DNA from: Phoronis australis
Lineage: Eukaryota; Animalia; Phoronida
Direction of reading: 5' to 3'
Length of the DNA: 64,000 nucleotides
Assembly: GCA_002633005.1 (NCBI GenBank)
Contig: NMRA01000325.1
Location: 289,290 to 353,289 of the forward strand
The position numbers were made by a program, and so were the translations under genes. The notes below the pieces were generated by a model. That model was not told the DNA's origin, did not search any database, and saw only the letters and a list, made by a program, of their open reading frames with translations. Shown piece by piece: positions 35,201 to 49,400 of this stretch. Numbering within the stretch: position 1 is the stretch's first letter; each line of letters opens with the position of its first letter.

Positions 35201-38200
35201 TTCCAAGGCCAGTCCCACATTACAGTATGCCTCAGCCTGTTTCTGTCCCAGTATGATGTCACCAGTGTCCAGACAAGTCTGGAAGAAGTGGTCACTCAGC
35301 CACTTATCCTGAGTTTCCAGGAAGTATTTGGCCAGACTGAACCGGTTCATGTACACTTCATCATAATCACCTGTGAGTTGATGGAGAAAATAAATAATGA
35401 ATACACGCCATTAAATAGTTCTTTATTCAGTTAGGAAAATCAGTACAAAAATGACATGTATGTGATGAAACAATAAAAGTAAAATCCACACAAGGTGCAC
35501 AGTCTGCTTATTGTTTAATTCCAACAAAATTATCCGACATGGTTGTTACAGATCAGGCACTTGGTCCTTCAAAATACGTCAGACTTTAAAGCAACTAGAT
35601 AAAATCTAGTGATCTGATTGGATCTGACTTTTGAAAGTTCTACTGCTGGTACAATCTTAATATCACTTGCTTTGAGGTTGGTTCCTTTTTTATGCAATTC
35701 CTGAACTTTTTAAATTTCAGTGTGTTAGGAGAGTTCAGTTAAAAGGGAGGTCCTGTCAATAGGTATTACCATGACCTTTCACCTCCAAAGCAGATATATT
35801 ACCTTGACCTTTCCCCTCTACACTAGATTACTGTGATGCTTTAGTTCCACAGCAGATTAATTCAGAATGGATCAGTGTTTTCCACACTCAGAAATTCAAA
35901 CAGGTTGCATTTACAACCACTTTGTGAAAATTTACAGTGTGCAGCATGTGCATATCATAGAGAAAATACAAAAATGATACTTTTTGTTCAAAATGAAAAG
36001 ATCCATTGTGTTGTGTGCAAAAACAAACAGGACGTGGCAAACTGTTAAAATAGGTCATGGAGAACACAGCAGGTTATTCATCCTAACTTTAATGAGAAAT
36101 GGTTTTACACTAACACTTTACAGTAGGTTTAGCAAAGTAATTATGAGGGCATCATACAAGTTCTCTAAGTACCTAGCAGTTATGTGTATATTCTCAGACA
36201 CTTTGAACTTTGGCATAAGTGAGATTAAATTATATTTCATGAACAGTTTTGTGGAGCATAAGACCAAATTTATGACTCAAGCCTTAAGTCACTTTTCATG
36301 AAATAAACCTCTGGATATATTGACTCACTTTGTGTTTTCAATGTAAAGTGCCAACACTGGATATATTGACTCACTTTCTAAATGTTAGTTAAAATAAAAT
36401 TTGAATTATGAGATAATTAAAACTCAAAACAACATGTGTTTTCACTGCAAAGTACCAGCACTGTATAAACTAATTTTAATGTTCAGTCATTAATTTTTGC
36501 ATGCCTCTATATCTCACAGTCAATGCTAGTAATGAATCTATAATCGGTACTCTTTGGCATTTTTTTCACTGCTTATATTCATTACATGATTATACAATTA
36601 TTGTCCATCTTATATTACCTATTATACGTTATTTACCTGTACTCATTATATTGTAACTGTACTAGTCATAATAAATGACCTGATATCGCCTACCTCAGTC
36701 TCCTTTTAATCTCTGGTAACGAGCTTGCGACGCACGTATCATTTATCTATTATTTGAGACATATGTCGATCATAAATATTTATTGCTTTCAGTTAGGTCT
36801 GACCTATTTTTATTTTACATTTTTTGGTGTTAGTTAACTCGAGTCAGATTTATTTTCAGCATTATTTTTATATGGCCAAGTGTTTTATCTGTATTTCTCC
36901 ATTGATTAAAAGTGAGGTGGCAACACAGTTTATCATATATGCGAACCCAGAATTCATGACACACGACAAAATGCTGACCTTTCCTGAGGGCCTCCTCAGC
37001 CTTTGTTAAGTGCACTTTGAGCATGTCCAGTTTTTCATGTTCGTTCTCCAGCAGTGTCTGCTGCCACAGGATGGACTCATCTCCTGCTGCCTCACGCTCT
37101 TCATTCCTTTGTTTGATGAGCGAGAAAATCTCTGAGAATGAACGATGAAATCCATCCTGTAGCATATCCAGAAAAAGGTTGTGCTTGTACGAGTTGCGAT
37201 AGCTGGAAATATAAATATGGAAAGAGGTTATTTTTGAATGACTCATAAAGATCTCGTCTCCTGTTTTTAGACTAGCACAATTGTAAGAATTATCTATGAT
37301 TGGTGCAACTCATAAAACATGTTATTTTGACTGTGTATTTACTGTTTTGCTGCTTGTAGCACCTTACTTTAACTTTTAACAGTTGTCCCAGTTTTTAGCA
37401 GAACGGTGATGCTTTGTGTGATAAACAAGTTAACATATTTAAATTTAAAATTAACAAGAAAACAGACCAAATACGTTCTCAAGATACTATAGCAATTCTG
37501 TGCAAAGTGTCTTAAGCACTGTTGTTCATCTTATAAATAAGATACCGAAGTTGTCTTAATATTATCCAACTAAGATATAGTTTATATTATTTCTTGACAT
37601 AGCTCTCACAAGCGATTTGAAATAGCTATAGGAAAATTCTTCAAAATAATTTGTTACTGAGCAGAGGAAAACAGGTGCCCAGTTTAAACTAATTTCTCTT
37701 TGCACTCATTTAGTATAACAAGCCCTGATAAAGAGAACATGGTATGTTTATTTAATCAACTTCTACCATACATCCTAAACATATCTCCGTTGCATCAACA
37801 AGATACACCAAGCTAATAAATATTATGCATTCAACTAGTACTACTCAACTAACAAAATCCCAGGTGTTGACATAATCATTACATGGCAATGACATCATTA
37901 CTTATTATTAATAATGTTTCTGTAAGACAAAGTTACTAATAATACTGTCTGGGAGCATTCACTTAACACAAGAACATTTCAAAACTACTATCAATCAGAA
38001 CATAACCAAATTATCGCCTTAGCTGTTAACTATTTGTTAACAGAAAATATTGAAGAAGGTCAAATTTTGCATTTTATTCACAATCATTTTTACTAATGTA
38101 AGGAAAGTCAGGGCGAAAAATTGTATCATCTACTAAAACATTTTTACTATCTTACAGCAGTCATACCTTGACGTCTGCAATTTATTTAAGTGTGGCTGTC

Positions 38201-38396
38201 GAGAACGTAACTCCTGCTTTTTGGCCATTAGCTGTTTCTCCTTTTTACCCATGGACCTCCGCAGGGGGGCCAAGTGGTAGACAGCCTTCCCTCCTACTGG
38301 GGCTGACTTTGGTGGGCTGGGCATGTGCTGCATGACAACCCCACGGTTGTGGCTGGCACTCCCGGTGCCCCCTATGGCTGGCAGGGTAGCCGCCAT
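29280..38396 (-). CDS. TTC29: Tetratricopeptide repeat protein 29 (ciliary/flagellar), ~460-480 aa
   Basis: Exons 38396-38167 (MAATLPAI...), 37202-36979 (YRNSYKHNLFLDMLQDGFHRSFSEIF), 35370-35194 (DKWLSDHFFQTCL), 34485-34273, 33909-33824 (SYRLGLAYE), 32280-32065, 31361-31127 (GKYEQATDYFNKAYNL...GIAMAH). The last exon is uncertain: 29290-29280 (GSS*) or 30810-30752 (AANVKAQELTLDVDSGLKV*). Confidence 0.88.
33250..33412 (-). mobile_element. tRNA-derived SINE fragment
   Basis: The minus strand shows an A-box-like TCTCAGTGGCTTGA and a B box GGTTCGAAACC (33355-33365) at tRNA-like spacing, with no intact acceptor stem. Confidence 0.55.
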
Positions 38397-39494
38397 GTTT
38401 CTAAAATAAAATATGAACATTAGGCCATGGATTTCACAGCATTTTCAGAAATACCTTGCAATCATCTCACTGTCAAATTACTGTTATTGTGTTATCATAA
38501 CGTCATTTTGCCTGTGAGGGAAACTTAGGGGCTTCAGGGAGTATAAACTGGTCAGCTGTTATCAGTGATTATGAATAGGCATTTGTCTGGACTCCAGATG
38601 CAGCCAATAAACATGGTAATTACACCTGACCAGTTGTGAACTAAATTCATTCACACTGGTCACATTTAGTATCAAGTTGTCAACTATCTCTCACAAAACT
38701 CAACTGATTTTTGTGGGAGAAAATGGTCCTAACTCAATTTTTATGAGAAAATCAAATATTGGACTCTGTTTTCTTCCACAAAAAGGGCGAAAAATGATAT
38801 CAAACGTCCTAATTCTTCAGGCAGCACTTATCTTACCACAATCAGGGAGTAATTGAGTGGAAACACCTGCTGATTCTGACTGTCTGGACTAGCCTGCCTG
38901 ATACAGCTGGACAGTCTATCACGACAATATAAGGTTATGTTGTGAGATACTCAATAACTCCAGCATCATAAAATATCTGAGAACGAAAGAAGTCGCACCT
39001 CTTGTCTGGCACATTAGAATTTCAATTTGGGTCAAGCAAAAGCCATTTTTGTGCTCTCACAGTTTACTAAAGAGTTAGTCAAGATCTCATCAATTTAACT
39101 TTTAAGCCGAGAATAGTTGCTCCAATGACAATGTCCAATGTAGCTTACACTCACACATTCAGAAACTCTAACACAGTACAGTCAACAGTGGTTATTTTCA
39201 GTTGGAGTTGAATACCAGAGAACATCAGTAGTCTGTAAACTGAATTAGCTGAGCGTAAGGATAAGGGTGAGCCAGGGCAGGCAGCTGAGCTGGGAAGGTT
39301 AGAAGAATCGTCGTCAGGTTTTGAAGGACTCCCTTACAGACCCTACTTTTATGTTTGAAAACACCAGGCATGTGTATTGCATATAACACATTCTGGTTAT
39401 TCACACCATTACCTTTACCTTTTAATCAAATGCGATCTGTCTCAAATATATACAAACGATTAAAAGCTAATAATCCATTCCTCACTCAAAAATA

Positions 39495-39532
39495 AAAATG
39501 GCGGACGTAAAGAGAAAATCACCATTGGCAAC
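39495..39532 (-). promoter_or_regulatory. Candidate TTC29 promoter with YY1 motif and RFX X-box
   Basis: AAAATGGCGG (39495-39504) and ATCACCATTGGCAAC (39518-39532). Minus-strand donor-like GTAA sites near 39410-39420 suggest a non-coding first exon. Confidence 0.45.
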
Positions 39533-40029
39533 GACAGTTTTCAGCGAAAACATTTGAATAACAAACAATAAGTAAAAGCATTTAAACAAAATAAATATTT
39601 TGATCTTATTTTTGATAATTTTACATACAATATGTCCTCATTAAATGTTATACAAACAAATATGAGTTTGTGAAATATAATATTTGAGTCGTCATTACTG
39701 TCATGGCGGCCCCCTATGTTCCCTGATTATTATCATTTCTTCGTTCTTTGGGTCGTAGATGTTTCTGGAAATTGTTAAAAATATACAGCGGCTGATTAAA
39801 GGTGCCTGTGGTACTATTGACTAAGTTGTGTGTGGTGAGTTTCCAATTTGGTTAAACCTGAGACATTTAAGAGCACTTACAAAGTGTACAGAGTCATGTC
39901 AATGAATTGAAGCCAAGGATACATTTGTAGCCAGCCACCTAGCTGTATGATAGACAGCGATCACCGTCTGTTGTTGGCCCAGTAGAGGTGTAAGCTTTTC
40001 GGCGAATTATGCCTCACACTAAGTTTTGC

Positions 40030-40665
40030 ACAGCACACCAGAGTTTTCTGTTGGAAGGCTGCGGCGCATCTTAGTGTCTTTCAAACTTTCAAAGGCTGTC
40101 ATGACAGCTTGACCATGTACGTGTCACGGATGGCTATTTTTAGATGTTTTGTCCTGTCTCACTTTAGTTACTGTAACTTAGTGTGGCATTTCTGCAGCGT
40201 GACGAACACTATAAAACTCGAGCGCTTACAGTACAAGGCACTGACAGATTTGTTTATCAGGACTGGAATGTGTGCTACACTGAACTCCTCGCTAGAGCAG
40301 ATCTTCCGACCCTTGAACTGTCTAGAAAGCGCGCGATCCCTCTAATCATATCATCTCTTGTAACCCCCTTTCATGTGGGACCTCTTTGAGGAAAAAGTGT
40401 CTCATTATAATCTGCATAATAAATCTGTGCTACGTGTGAAAAATTGTCGAACAGTGCACCAAGGTTTAAACTCTTTATCAGTGTACGGTGCTAAACTCTG
40501 GAACTCTCTTCCAAATGAGTCCAAGTTCATGGACTATAAACTTTTTAAGAATTTTATTAAATCTTGGACAGAACCACCGTGCAGGTGCAGGGTATGCAGA
40601 TTCGGCTAGTGTTTGTCTGTTTTGTCAAACTGACTATAAATAAAGAGATTGATTGATTGATTGAT
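40030..40665 (+). mobile_element. 5'-truncated non-LTR retrotransposon (CR1/L2-group) 3' end
   Basis: Frameshifted ORF2 C-terminus (FSYCNLVWHFCS..KLERLQYKAL..LPTLELSRKR; GAKLWNSLP..FKNFIKSW..CRCRVC*), AATAAA at 40639 and a (GATT)n tail. Confidence 0.85.
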
Positions 40666-41341
40666 CAAAGTCACGTTGTTGTAAATACCTTTTGCACATA
40701 GAGGGACACCTTAGGAGGCCATCAATATTTTTAATTCCTTCCAAATCGAAGAAATACTCCCGTTATCAAACTTCTTCAAGCAGTCCCTCATTCAGTACCC
40801 AAAATCTGTAACTCGTCATTTGTAATACTGTGCGGCAGGTGGTATGACATCATATCCCCTGGCGTGCGCAGTGTAAAATGGTGAGTTACCCATTTTGCGA
40901 ACTGAACGAGGGATTGCTCGAAGAAAAAGTTTGATAACAGTATTTCTTCGAGTTGGAAGGAATTAAATGCATCGACAGCCTCCTAAGGTGTCTCTCTATG
41001 CGCAAAAGATATTTACATTCAATGCAACAACGTAACTGATATTAATTTTTAGTCAGTGTGAGGCATGATTCGCCGAAAAACTTCAAGCGTATGAAGCTCC
41101 TATAGGAGCTCCACCATCTCTACTTGGCCAACTAGAGACAGTGATCACTGTCTAGCTGTACGATAGACAGTGACCACTGTCTCTAGTTGAACTACAGACG
41201 GTAAAGCTCTTATAGGCGTTTCATACACAGAAAGTTTTTCAGCGAATTATGCTTCACACTGATTAAAAAATCAAAGTCACATTGTTATAAGTACCTTTTG
41301 CACAAAGATGGATACCTTAGGAGGCCGGTGGTATTTTTGTG

Positions 41342-41741
41342 CGTGAACTTGGAATATTGCTTAAATCTCAAGATCGTGTATGCGTGAACTTGGAATACAT
41401 AAGGGAACTTGAAAAGTTCACTCAAATAATCACACTCACGTTGATAAAAATTTGCACTGCACTAAGTCAAATTACATGTTAATAAAATAACATAAATTTT
41501 AACTAGTATTTTCCAATTGTTGAAGATCTTATTCACCAAACAATAATTGATTTAACCATTCAAATATTCCTCCGATTCTTTGACCCAAGTTAGGCTAAAG
41601 GAGAAAATGGGTGATCATGAGGCCAGTGATTACAAAAATTCTTGACACTGAATAAAAAATTCACCTGATTGCCCAAATACATATTTGATTCCAAGTTCAC
41701 GCATACGTGATCTTGAGATTAAGCAGGATTCCAAGTTCACG
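41342..41741. mobile_element. MITE with ~55-bp terminal inverted repeats nested in the palindromic array
   Basis: CGTGAACTTGGAAT...CTCAAGATC.TGTATGCGTGAACTTGGAAT is mirrored at 41688-41741; the interior is AT-rich. Confidence 0.75.
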
Positions 41742-43406
41742 GCTCACACACAGCAGTATGATGTCATATACCCTGCCATGCACTGCATAAAAATGGCCAG
41801 TTTCCGATTTTGGGAACTGAACGAAGGACTGGTTGAAGAAAAAGTTTGATTATCAAAGTATTTGTTCTAGTTGGAAGGAATTGAAAACATCGGCAGCGCA
41901 CCTAAGGTGTCCCTCCAGGTGCAAAAGGTACTTATAAGAACATGACTTTGATGTTGTAACCAGTATGAGGCATAATTCACCGAAACGCTATTTAAGTGAA
42001 AAACAATCTAATAAACATCATTTTCTTACGTAATTCTCCACCTTTTATAACAAAGATAATCTGTTGTTGTTTTGAAAACAGTACGCTTGTGACACGCGCA
42101 CGCACCATTTCCTAAATTCTAGTCTCTCGGGAGACGATGACAGCTTTGCAGCAGCAAATTTTGCTCTGAAATTCGGTTTGCTGATATTAAAATACTAAAA
42201 ACTTCAAAACGAAATGAAATCAGTGAAGACAATTTAATGTGATATGTACGCAACCTCATGGAAGAAGAACAGTTGATGGAAGAATCGGTGAAAAAAGAAC
42301 TGGCCAATACGTGACACAATATTTCATGGCGCCAAAAGTCAACGCAAAAGATCGCTCTACAGCTTTGACAACAAAATAACGGTAGAACGCTAAGTTTTCC
42401 ACTACCGGTAATTTTAAGTAAAATTTAGATTACTCAAGGAAGAGTGTAGTTTTTAGGAACACTAATTTTTTGTCAGATTTTATTTGGCCAGTTTTTTATC
42501 CACGTTGGTATAAAGCTGTAAACTTATACAGGTTTGCACCAAGGCCACACTTTAAGTTTACTGAGTAATCTAGTAATTTGGTGTCTAGCGCAAAAAGTGA
42601 CATCATTTGCGTTAACTTTGTCTTTGAGCCCATGAAATAGATGAAATCGAGTGGCCAATCTCAGTTTATATCAAATTTTCAATGTTATTTTTCCCAAGAT
42701 TGTGCATGGTTCACAACAAATTACGCCCACCAGAGGTGGCAGCACTTCATGTGGAGGTGTGAGTAATTTCAATAAGGCGAAGTTTGGAAGAAAATTTGCT
42801 TTGGAAAAGTTGTCATCATCTTGCAATAGATGTCGCTTTACCATACCAGAAACCAGGCAAGAAAATGACACGTGTCAAAGGTGTACTTTTTAGAAATTGA
42901 CGCCTGACTTTCTTTGTCACAAAAGTGGGAAAGTGATAGTATGAAAGTGACGTTCATTAGATTGTGTGTCTTTTAATCAGCCATAATGGACAAGATGGGT
43001 GTCATTTGTTACGTACAGTTGGACGTGCTAAATTTTTATGTGAGTTTTGTTGTGAGAAGACCACAGAGTTATGGTGAAGTGATAAAGCGATCTTTTGAAT
43101 TTCCAAATTTTTACTCCTATCATTCACTAGCTGTATTTTGACATTCAGTCACACACTGCTAGTTAGTCAAGGATGTGCCAGTGCTTGTATGGGGGCTTTC
43201 AGCAATTTAGTTTTTAGACAATTCTTGTACCCTAAGCATTTCTTAAGTGTTATGGGTGTCCTGGACTGTCTGTCCTGCCCCCTAACCAACTTAGTTGAGG
43301 TGAGTAAACATTAACCTCAATTTTGTGATTGGCATTCTTGAAATAAACTATTTATGAAAAGCTTTGTGAAATCTCTTGATCTATTGAAGCCAGAGCTTGC
43401 ATCAAA

Positions 43407-46400
43407 ATGACCTCTCACTGGGGTACGCTTCCTCCACGATCACGTGTAGAGCCAGGTGTAGCAGCCCTTGAAAGGGAGCAGATGACACGACTTCGACCAA
43501 TGGAGGTTCAGGGAGCCAAACTATACCAGCCTTCATTATCAACATTCTCTTCAAAGTAAGTAGGATAGCAAGTTTTGAAAATATGTTGGCACAATTGTGT
43601 AGCTGCCTTGTAGCTACTTGCACAGATACATGCAAAAAGTGAACTTTAAATGGCATCTTGAATGAAAGCACTCATTGCGCACAGACCTTGTTGAGCTTTT
43701 TCTTTTGAACTAATGTAAATTTGCTATTCAATTGTCTCTGTTTGTGGGAGTATTATTTGGATGTTGCCTCAGCCAGTGTTTTGGTAAGTTGTCTACAATA
43801 GGAAATATTACGTAAATTTCAATCTGTGAAGGTAAGTACTGTTTCGGACCCTTGTCTATGGATCATACTATAGATAGATTCCATTACAGAAAGAACCCTT
43901 GTATAAGGATCATACTATAGATAGATTCCATTACAGAAACTCCCGAATTCCATATTGAGGTCAGCCCATTACAGGCATGCTAGACTAAACACTGGAGTCA
44001 GTACAGCCTGTCTGTAAAACATGCCTTCTGAGCTGGTGTGCCTGCTTGTGTTTTGTATTTGGTAGATCAGCAGATTTGAAATCATTGATAGGAGGTGAAA
44101 CATAAAGCCAGTACAAATCACACAATACTGCTTGTTCAAAAATCTGGATTTCTGAAATACCTTTTACCCAAAGACAAAGTTATGGCAGATAGAGGTTTTA
44201 CTATTGATGAACTCCTGTTTCCAAGACAAGTTAAGTTAAACATACCAGCTTTCACCAAAGGCAAGTCACACCTTAGTAAAAAAAGGTCTGACAAAAACAT
44301 GGCGCATTTCCACAGTAAGAATTCATTTGGAGCGAGCAATACGGAGTGTTAAAAGTTTTCAAAAATTTGAGTACCTGTATTCCAGTGTATGGCAAAGAAT
44401 CAGTGGATAAATACTGAATTTTCTGTACGTGCTGGGCTTGTGGACCTACGTGCTGATCTAATCAGTGATCAAAATTTGGAAGACATTGACCGTAACTTTC
44501 GGAGTTTTTAAGTTGCCCATTCCCCATTCCAAGTGGTAAAATGTACTGCTTCAAGAAATTTCTGAAAGTAAAATGTACGCAACCGTGCAACAGTTTGCTC
44601 AACAAAGCTTTCACTGTGTAGCACATCTATGTCATAATATAGTCACTGTCACGGACTTTAAAATTAGAGCCTACGTAAATAAAGGTGGTGCTTCTGTTTT
44701 AGCCTAAAACAAATGTGATCAAGGTCTTTGTCAGTTGTGTACAGAACTAGTTTTACTTTCTTAAGTCCAGTACAAAACATGGTTGTTGATACCAATTTTT
44801 AAATGGACTGTTTGATGTGGGTATCACCAGGACAGTAATTTGGTGCAACTGAACTAAGTGACTCACGAAAACAATCTTAATAACAGTTGTTAAGATTGTT
44901 TTAGTTCAACTAATGGAAATCATACAAAATTCATCACAATGTTGCAATATTAGGAAATGGTTATTTGGCTCTGGGATGTTTCAGTGAACACTGTGTCGTC
45001 TGTTAAGAACGTGTGTGGATAGATTCCAGGGGACAGTTCAGCCTAAAGAAAGTAAACAAATCATAACAGTACATGACCAATGCTGGAGCAGATCCATTTG
45101 AAATAATTAAAACCCAAGTTAGAATAATAAACAAACAACAAATTCATGTCACATCACATATTTAATAAAACACAGAACTTATACAACCCAGGAATATGAC
45201 TTTGAATAGCTCACTACCATGCTGAACAGCTGCGCTGTTTTTATTTTGAGCATTCCTGTAATGGCTAACTTTGGTATGCGAAGGCTGTGGCTGTTATGTA
45301 AACTATAGTACGAAGTTGCACGATCTCTGTCTATAGAACAAATACATGCCAAACCTTTGTTTTGTGCATATTCATTCTGTCTTACTACCGAGTTTTCTTT
45401 TCTCAGTATATGTAGCCTTCAATGTTTTGTCAGCCTGACAATCATCAAAATTGTTTAATATATTCTCGGTGAATGCAAACTGTTTATATTTGGAAACGAT
45501 TTTATGTTGACATTTTGTCAAACATTGTTGGCTAAAATTTTACGAAATGCTACTGTTCAAAATTAACCTTTGACTTTAAAGATAAGTTTTAATTAAAGTT
45601 ATGACTATTTGTCTTTTAGAAAAGTGCCAGCTGAGATGTTTGCAATTGATGAGGTAACACTGCACACAATTAAACTCCTCCAGTTTATTAAGAAGATCAG
45701 GGCACAGATACTTTCAGTGCAGCAACAAAGAGAAAATACGGTAAGATTGGTTTTAGCAGTTGGGATAGTTTACTGTTACTAGAACAGTCTCCTAATGGCA
45801 TCTGGTGATTTGGCACATTGAATACTTCTTATTTTTCTCCGTGTAATGAAAAACAATTTTACTCATGAACAAATTGTTACTTGTATATAATTTAATTGTC
45901 CTATAATAAAGATATATAGTGTTCATTCAATATTTCTTACTTGTGTGGTGGCTACTGGATTTCATTTTTTTTGTACCCTGTATGGTGTACTTGGAACTCT
46001 CATTCACTGACTGTTTTTGTTTTGAAGAAAAATGGTGAAGGTGATGTTTTAAGTTTCCCGCCAGCACCAGCAATTCCTGAGCTTCCAAAGTCGTTGAAAC
46101 AGAGACCAAAGCAAAAGTTTCCCTTCATGGTGAAAGACACAGAAAGGTTCGTTTGTTAACTGTAATTTCCCGAAGTGCTATGAAAAAATATTAGCATTGT
46201 ATGCTTCATTTTGCAACAGTTTTAGCTTGTGTGATTTGATGGAGAATAAAGAAAATTTTTCAATGAAATTGATTTTTGTTGAGAAATTTGGTTTAATGCA
46301 AGTTAAAGACAACTCTGGCATTTGCTGCTTTAAGCTTTGTCAGAACCCTGTCATATTTTCTACACAACACATTGTCTTGCATTGGCACATGAACAATGTT

Positions 46401-49400
46401 TAATGTTGTGTTGTTGAAAATTTGCTGCCAATTTACAAAAAAATTGACCCTGTTAAAATTCCATTTTTAGACAACCTTATGTGCTAAATTAAAGAATGTT
46501 TGTATTCAGTAGACCCCCTGCAGGTTTCCAGAATGATATATCCATGGATCTGAGTCAGTGCCACCTTCAGGGGTATCCACTACTGTATGTATCATTATTG
46601 CTTACAGCCCTTATTTGGTTAATACATGTATTATGCCTTAAATCTCAATTACTGTTGTAAACCAGTGTTTTGGACCAAATACGGTGCTTTGAAAACAAAC
46701 CCTTGCTACTTAACGTGTTGCTTATAAACACTTTGAGCAGGGCATTATGTATTCTTAATTTCAGCAACTTTGTCCGAGGCTTTGGGGAGACAGCACCTGA
46801 GATTGACACGCCCACTAATAGGTCATTGCTACGACGATCTGTGGCAGCAATGTGTGCGCATGCTGGCTTTGACTGTAAGTTGTATCTTCAGAGTCAAAAT
46901 GTTATGGTTTGCATTTTGTATTTTTTATTTTGAAAAGTCAAAATATCTAAACTTGATTCCTATAATTTTTTTAAAATACCTTTTTATGGCTCTTGATAAA
47001 ATGTTAAATCAAGCTTAATTTGAACACAGATAACTGATGTGAAGTATATCTAAATTTGTGAAAATTTGCATTAAACAATTACATGGTTGCAACATGTGAG
47101 TTACGGTATAAGTTTATTTCTTTTGTTGGTTGCTTGGTTCAACTGGAAAGACACAGAAACATTCTATGAGTTGATTGAACAATGCGTTAGACATTTACAT
47201 CACATTGCTTACAATACACATACTCAAACTGCTAGTCTACAGTAATACAAAAAGTAACCCATATAATGCATTACAATGTTCCTTACACTATCATTTATGA
47301 ATACAAGGTTAAAGTTTTGACAACATAATAAAACTAAGCACAGTGTATACCTACAGCAATTTACAGCATTAATCATGATTAAAGCTGTGCCCAGTCTCAT
47401 CGGTATAAACGCTGAAGTAAGAGTGAATCACAATGTCCGCATTACACCTACAAACATTCTCACATATGCAAAATACTATTGAATTATTGAATAATTGCAT
47501 CACATGGAAAAGAGACGTGGTAGAAGCTGCATCTCTGACACAAAACTGCCAACAGATGGCGAGAGAAACCAAACTGTATTAAACACGTTCATAGTGCGTT
47601 GGCACTTACAAATTACTTTATGAAACATACGTTGCATGTTCCAATGTTTACCTGACATTTAAAAGATAGTACAACCTTCATGTCAGCTAAATTTGAAAAA
47701 CAGTGTTCTGCTCTTTAAACTTATGTTGTAGTATGCACTTCATCAAGCTACATTTTATTGATCATGGTTGAATTTTATGAAATTTTAAGTTAATTATGAT
47801 TCATAAAGAATTATTATTGTACAACTTATAAGGGGTGCAGTGTCAAATACTTTCAACACTGAATAGTCTTTTAGTAAAATCTCACAAGTTTCGATTCAAT
47901 TGCCAAAATTGACTTTTTAGTTCTTTAAAACCTAACATTTTTGGGAATCCCTGTAGTTTGTCAAAACATGGTAGCAATGGTGTAGAATTTTACAAAGATA
48001 GTGCATTTATTTGGGGCTACTCATATTTCAGTAATATAAAATTTTAAATAAATTTTATTTGTCACTGTCTTAGTGTGTCCTAAAATTGGTGAGATGATTT
48101 TACTTACAGGGTCTCTGAATTTCCTGTCTTAGCATTCTTCATCAAAATTCTGTCTTTTAATCAATTTCTCTCTCATTTAGTGTGTTCTGAATCAGCACTG
48201 GAAACTTTGACCGACGTCTGTGACCAGTATTTCCTCAGAATGACCCGACTATTGAGGTCAGCGGTTGATAGTGAGGCTCTTAATGGAACAGCTGGCTTTC
48301 AGGTAACGTCTTAGTATCCATTTACTCTGCTTCCCAATATTAACCTTAACTAAGCTATGGATATTGGAATGTTTTATAAAGTGTAGCTTTTAGTCTGTTG
48401 TACTACTTACAAACCAGAAATGTAGCAAAAAGGATTACACCTTTATCTCCAGTGTATGTTCGATTATAAATAAATTGAACCTTCTATAATCTTGACTTAT
48501 TGTTTTAATTCCCTGTTAGCTTCACATTACATTAATTGGTCATATGTTCGCAACTCTCAGTTGTTATCAGTTCGCTGTAGTTTCAAACAAAAACCCAGAG
48601 TAACAATAACTCATAAGTATTTATTTGGTTTATCAACATTTTGTGTGCTCCACTTGCTCTTACTTCAGTCATGCAATCAATAATGTGTATTTAGATAATT
48701 AGTCGCTTGGGGTGTTTATTATTATGACTATAGTTATTACTTATCTGCGCAACTCAGTTAAGGTGTTCATTTCGAATTTATGATAAAACCGAGAAAATAA
48801 TCATCAAGTTTATCTGTGTCCATTCATTCACTGAACTTTTGCCACAAAGTATGACTTTGTATATGTTTAATGTTTGGGTGCTTGTACTCATAAAATTTTG
48901 CCGTATTCCTTTTTCCTCCAGGATGTTATACAACGCGTGTTTTACGAAATTGGTATCGGTAATCCAACAGTGCTGCATGAGTTTTATCAATCTCGTATCG
49001 TTCAATATCATAACAATCTTCAGCTGAAGTGTGAGAATCTATTGGCCGAGTATGATCATGTGACCAGTGCCAGCTACAACCCCCAGTCTGCCAATCTCGT
49101 TCAGTGAGTAATTTTATCACGTTAATATTTGTCAAAGTTTATTCAAGAAATGCTAAATCAGCATTATTTCACTGTAGTTGATGACTTGTACTAAGCGGTA
49201 ATGTATCGCCATTACCACCATATCTTGTGAGACTAAATTAAGACAATTTGTGTGTTATATTTAAATTAATCATAATCAGACATGATTACTCCATGGGGTG
49301 ATAGGTGATGTAATTAAGTGACACTATTCTTCAGTATTAAAGAGGAGCCATTGTCAGAAGACATCATGTTTCCACTGACTGATGACCGGCCGGACAAGGA

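Larger units (their letters stand above)
39940..41986. repeat. Alternating inverted-repeat (palindromic concatemer) array
   Basis: A ~300-bp arm occurs four times in alternating orientation, with symmetry centres at ~40849, ~41159 and ~41762. It is interrupted by a LINE fragment and a MITE. Confidence 0.8.
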
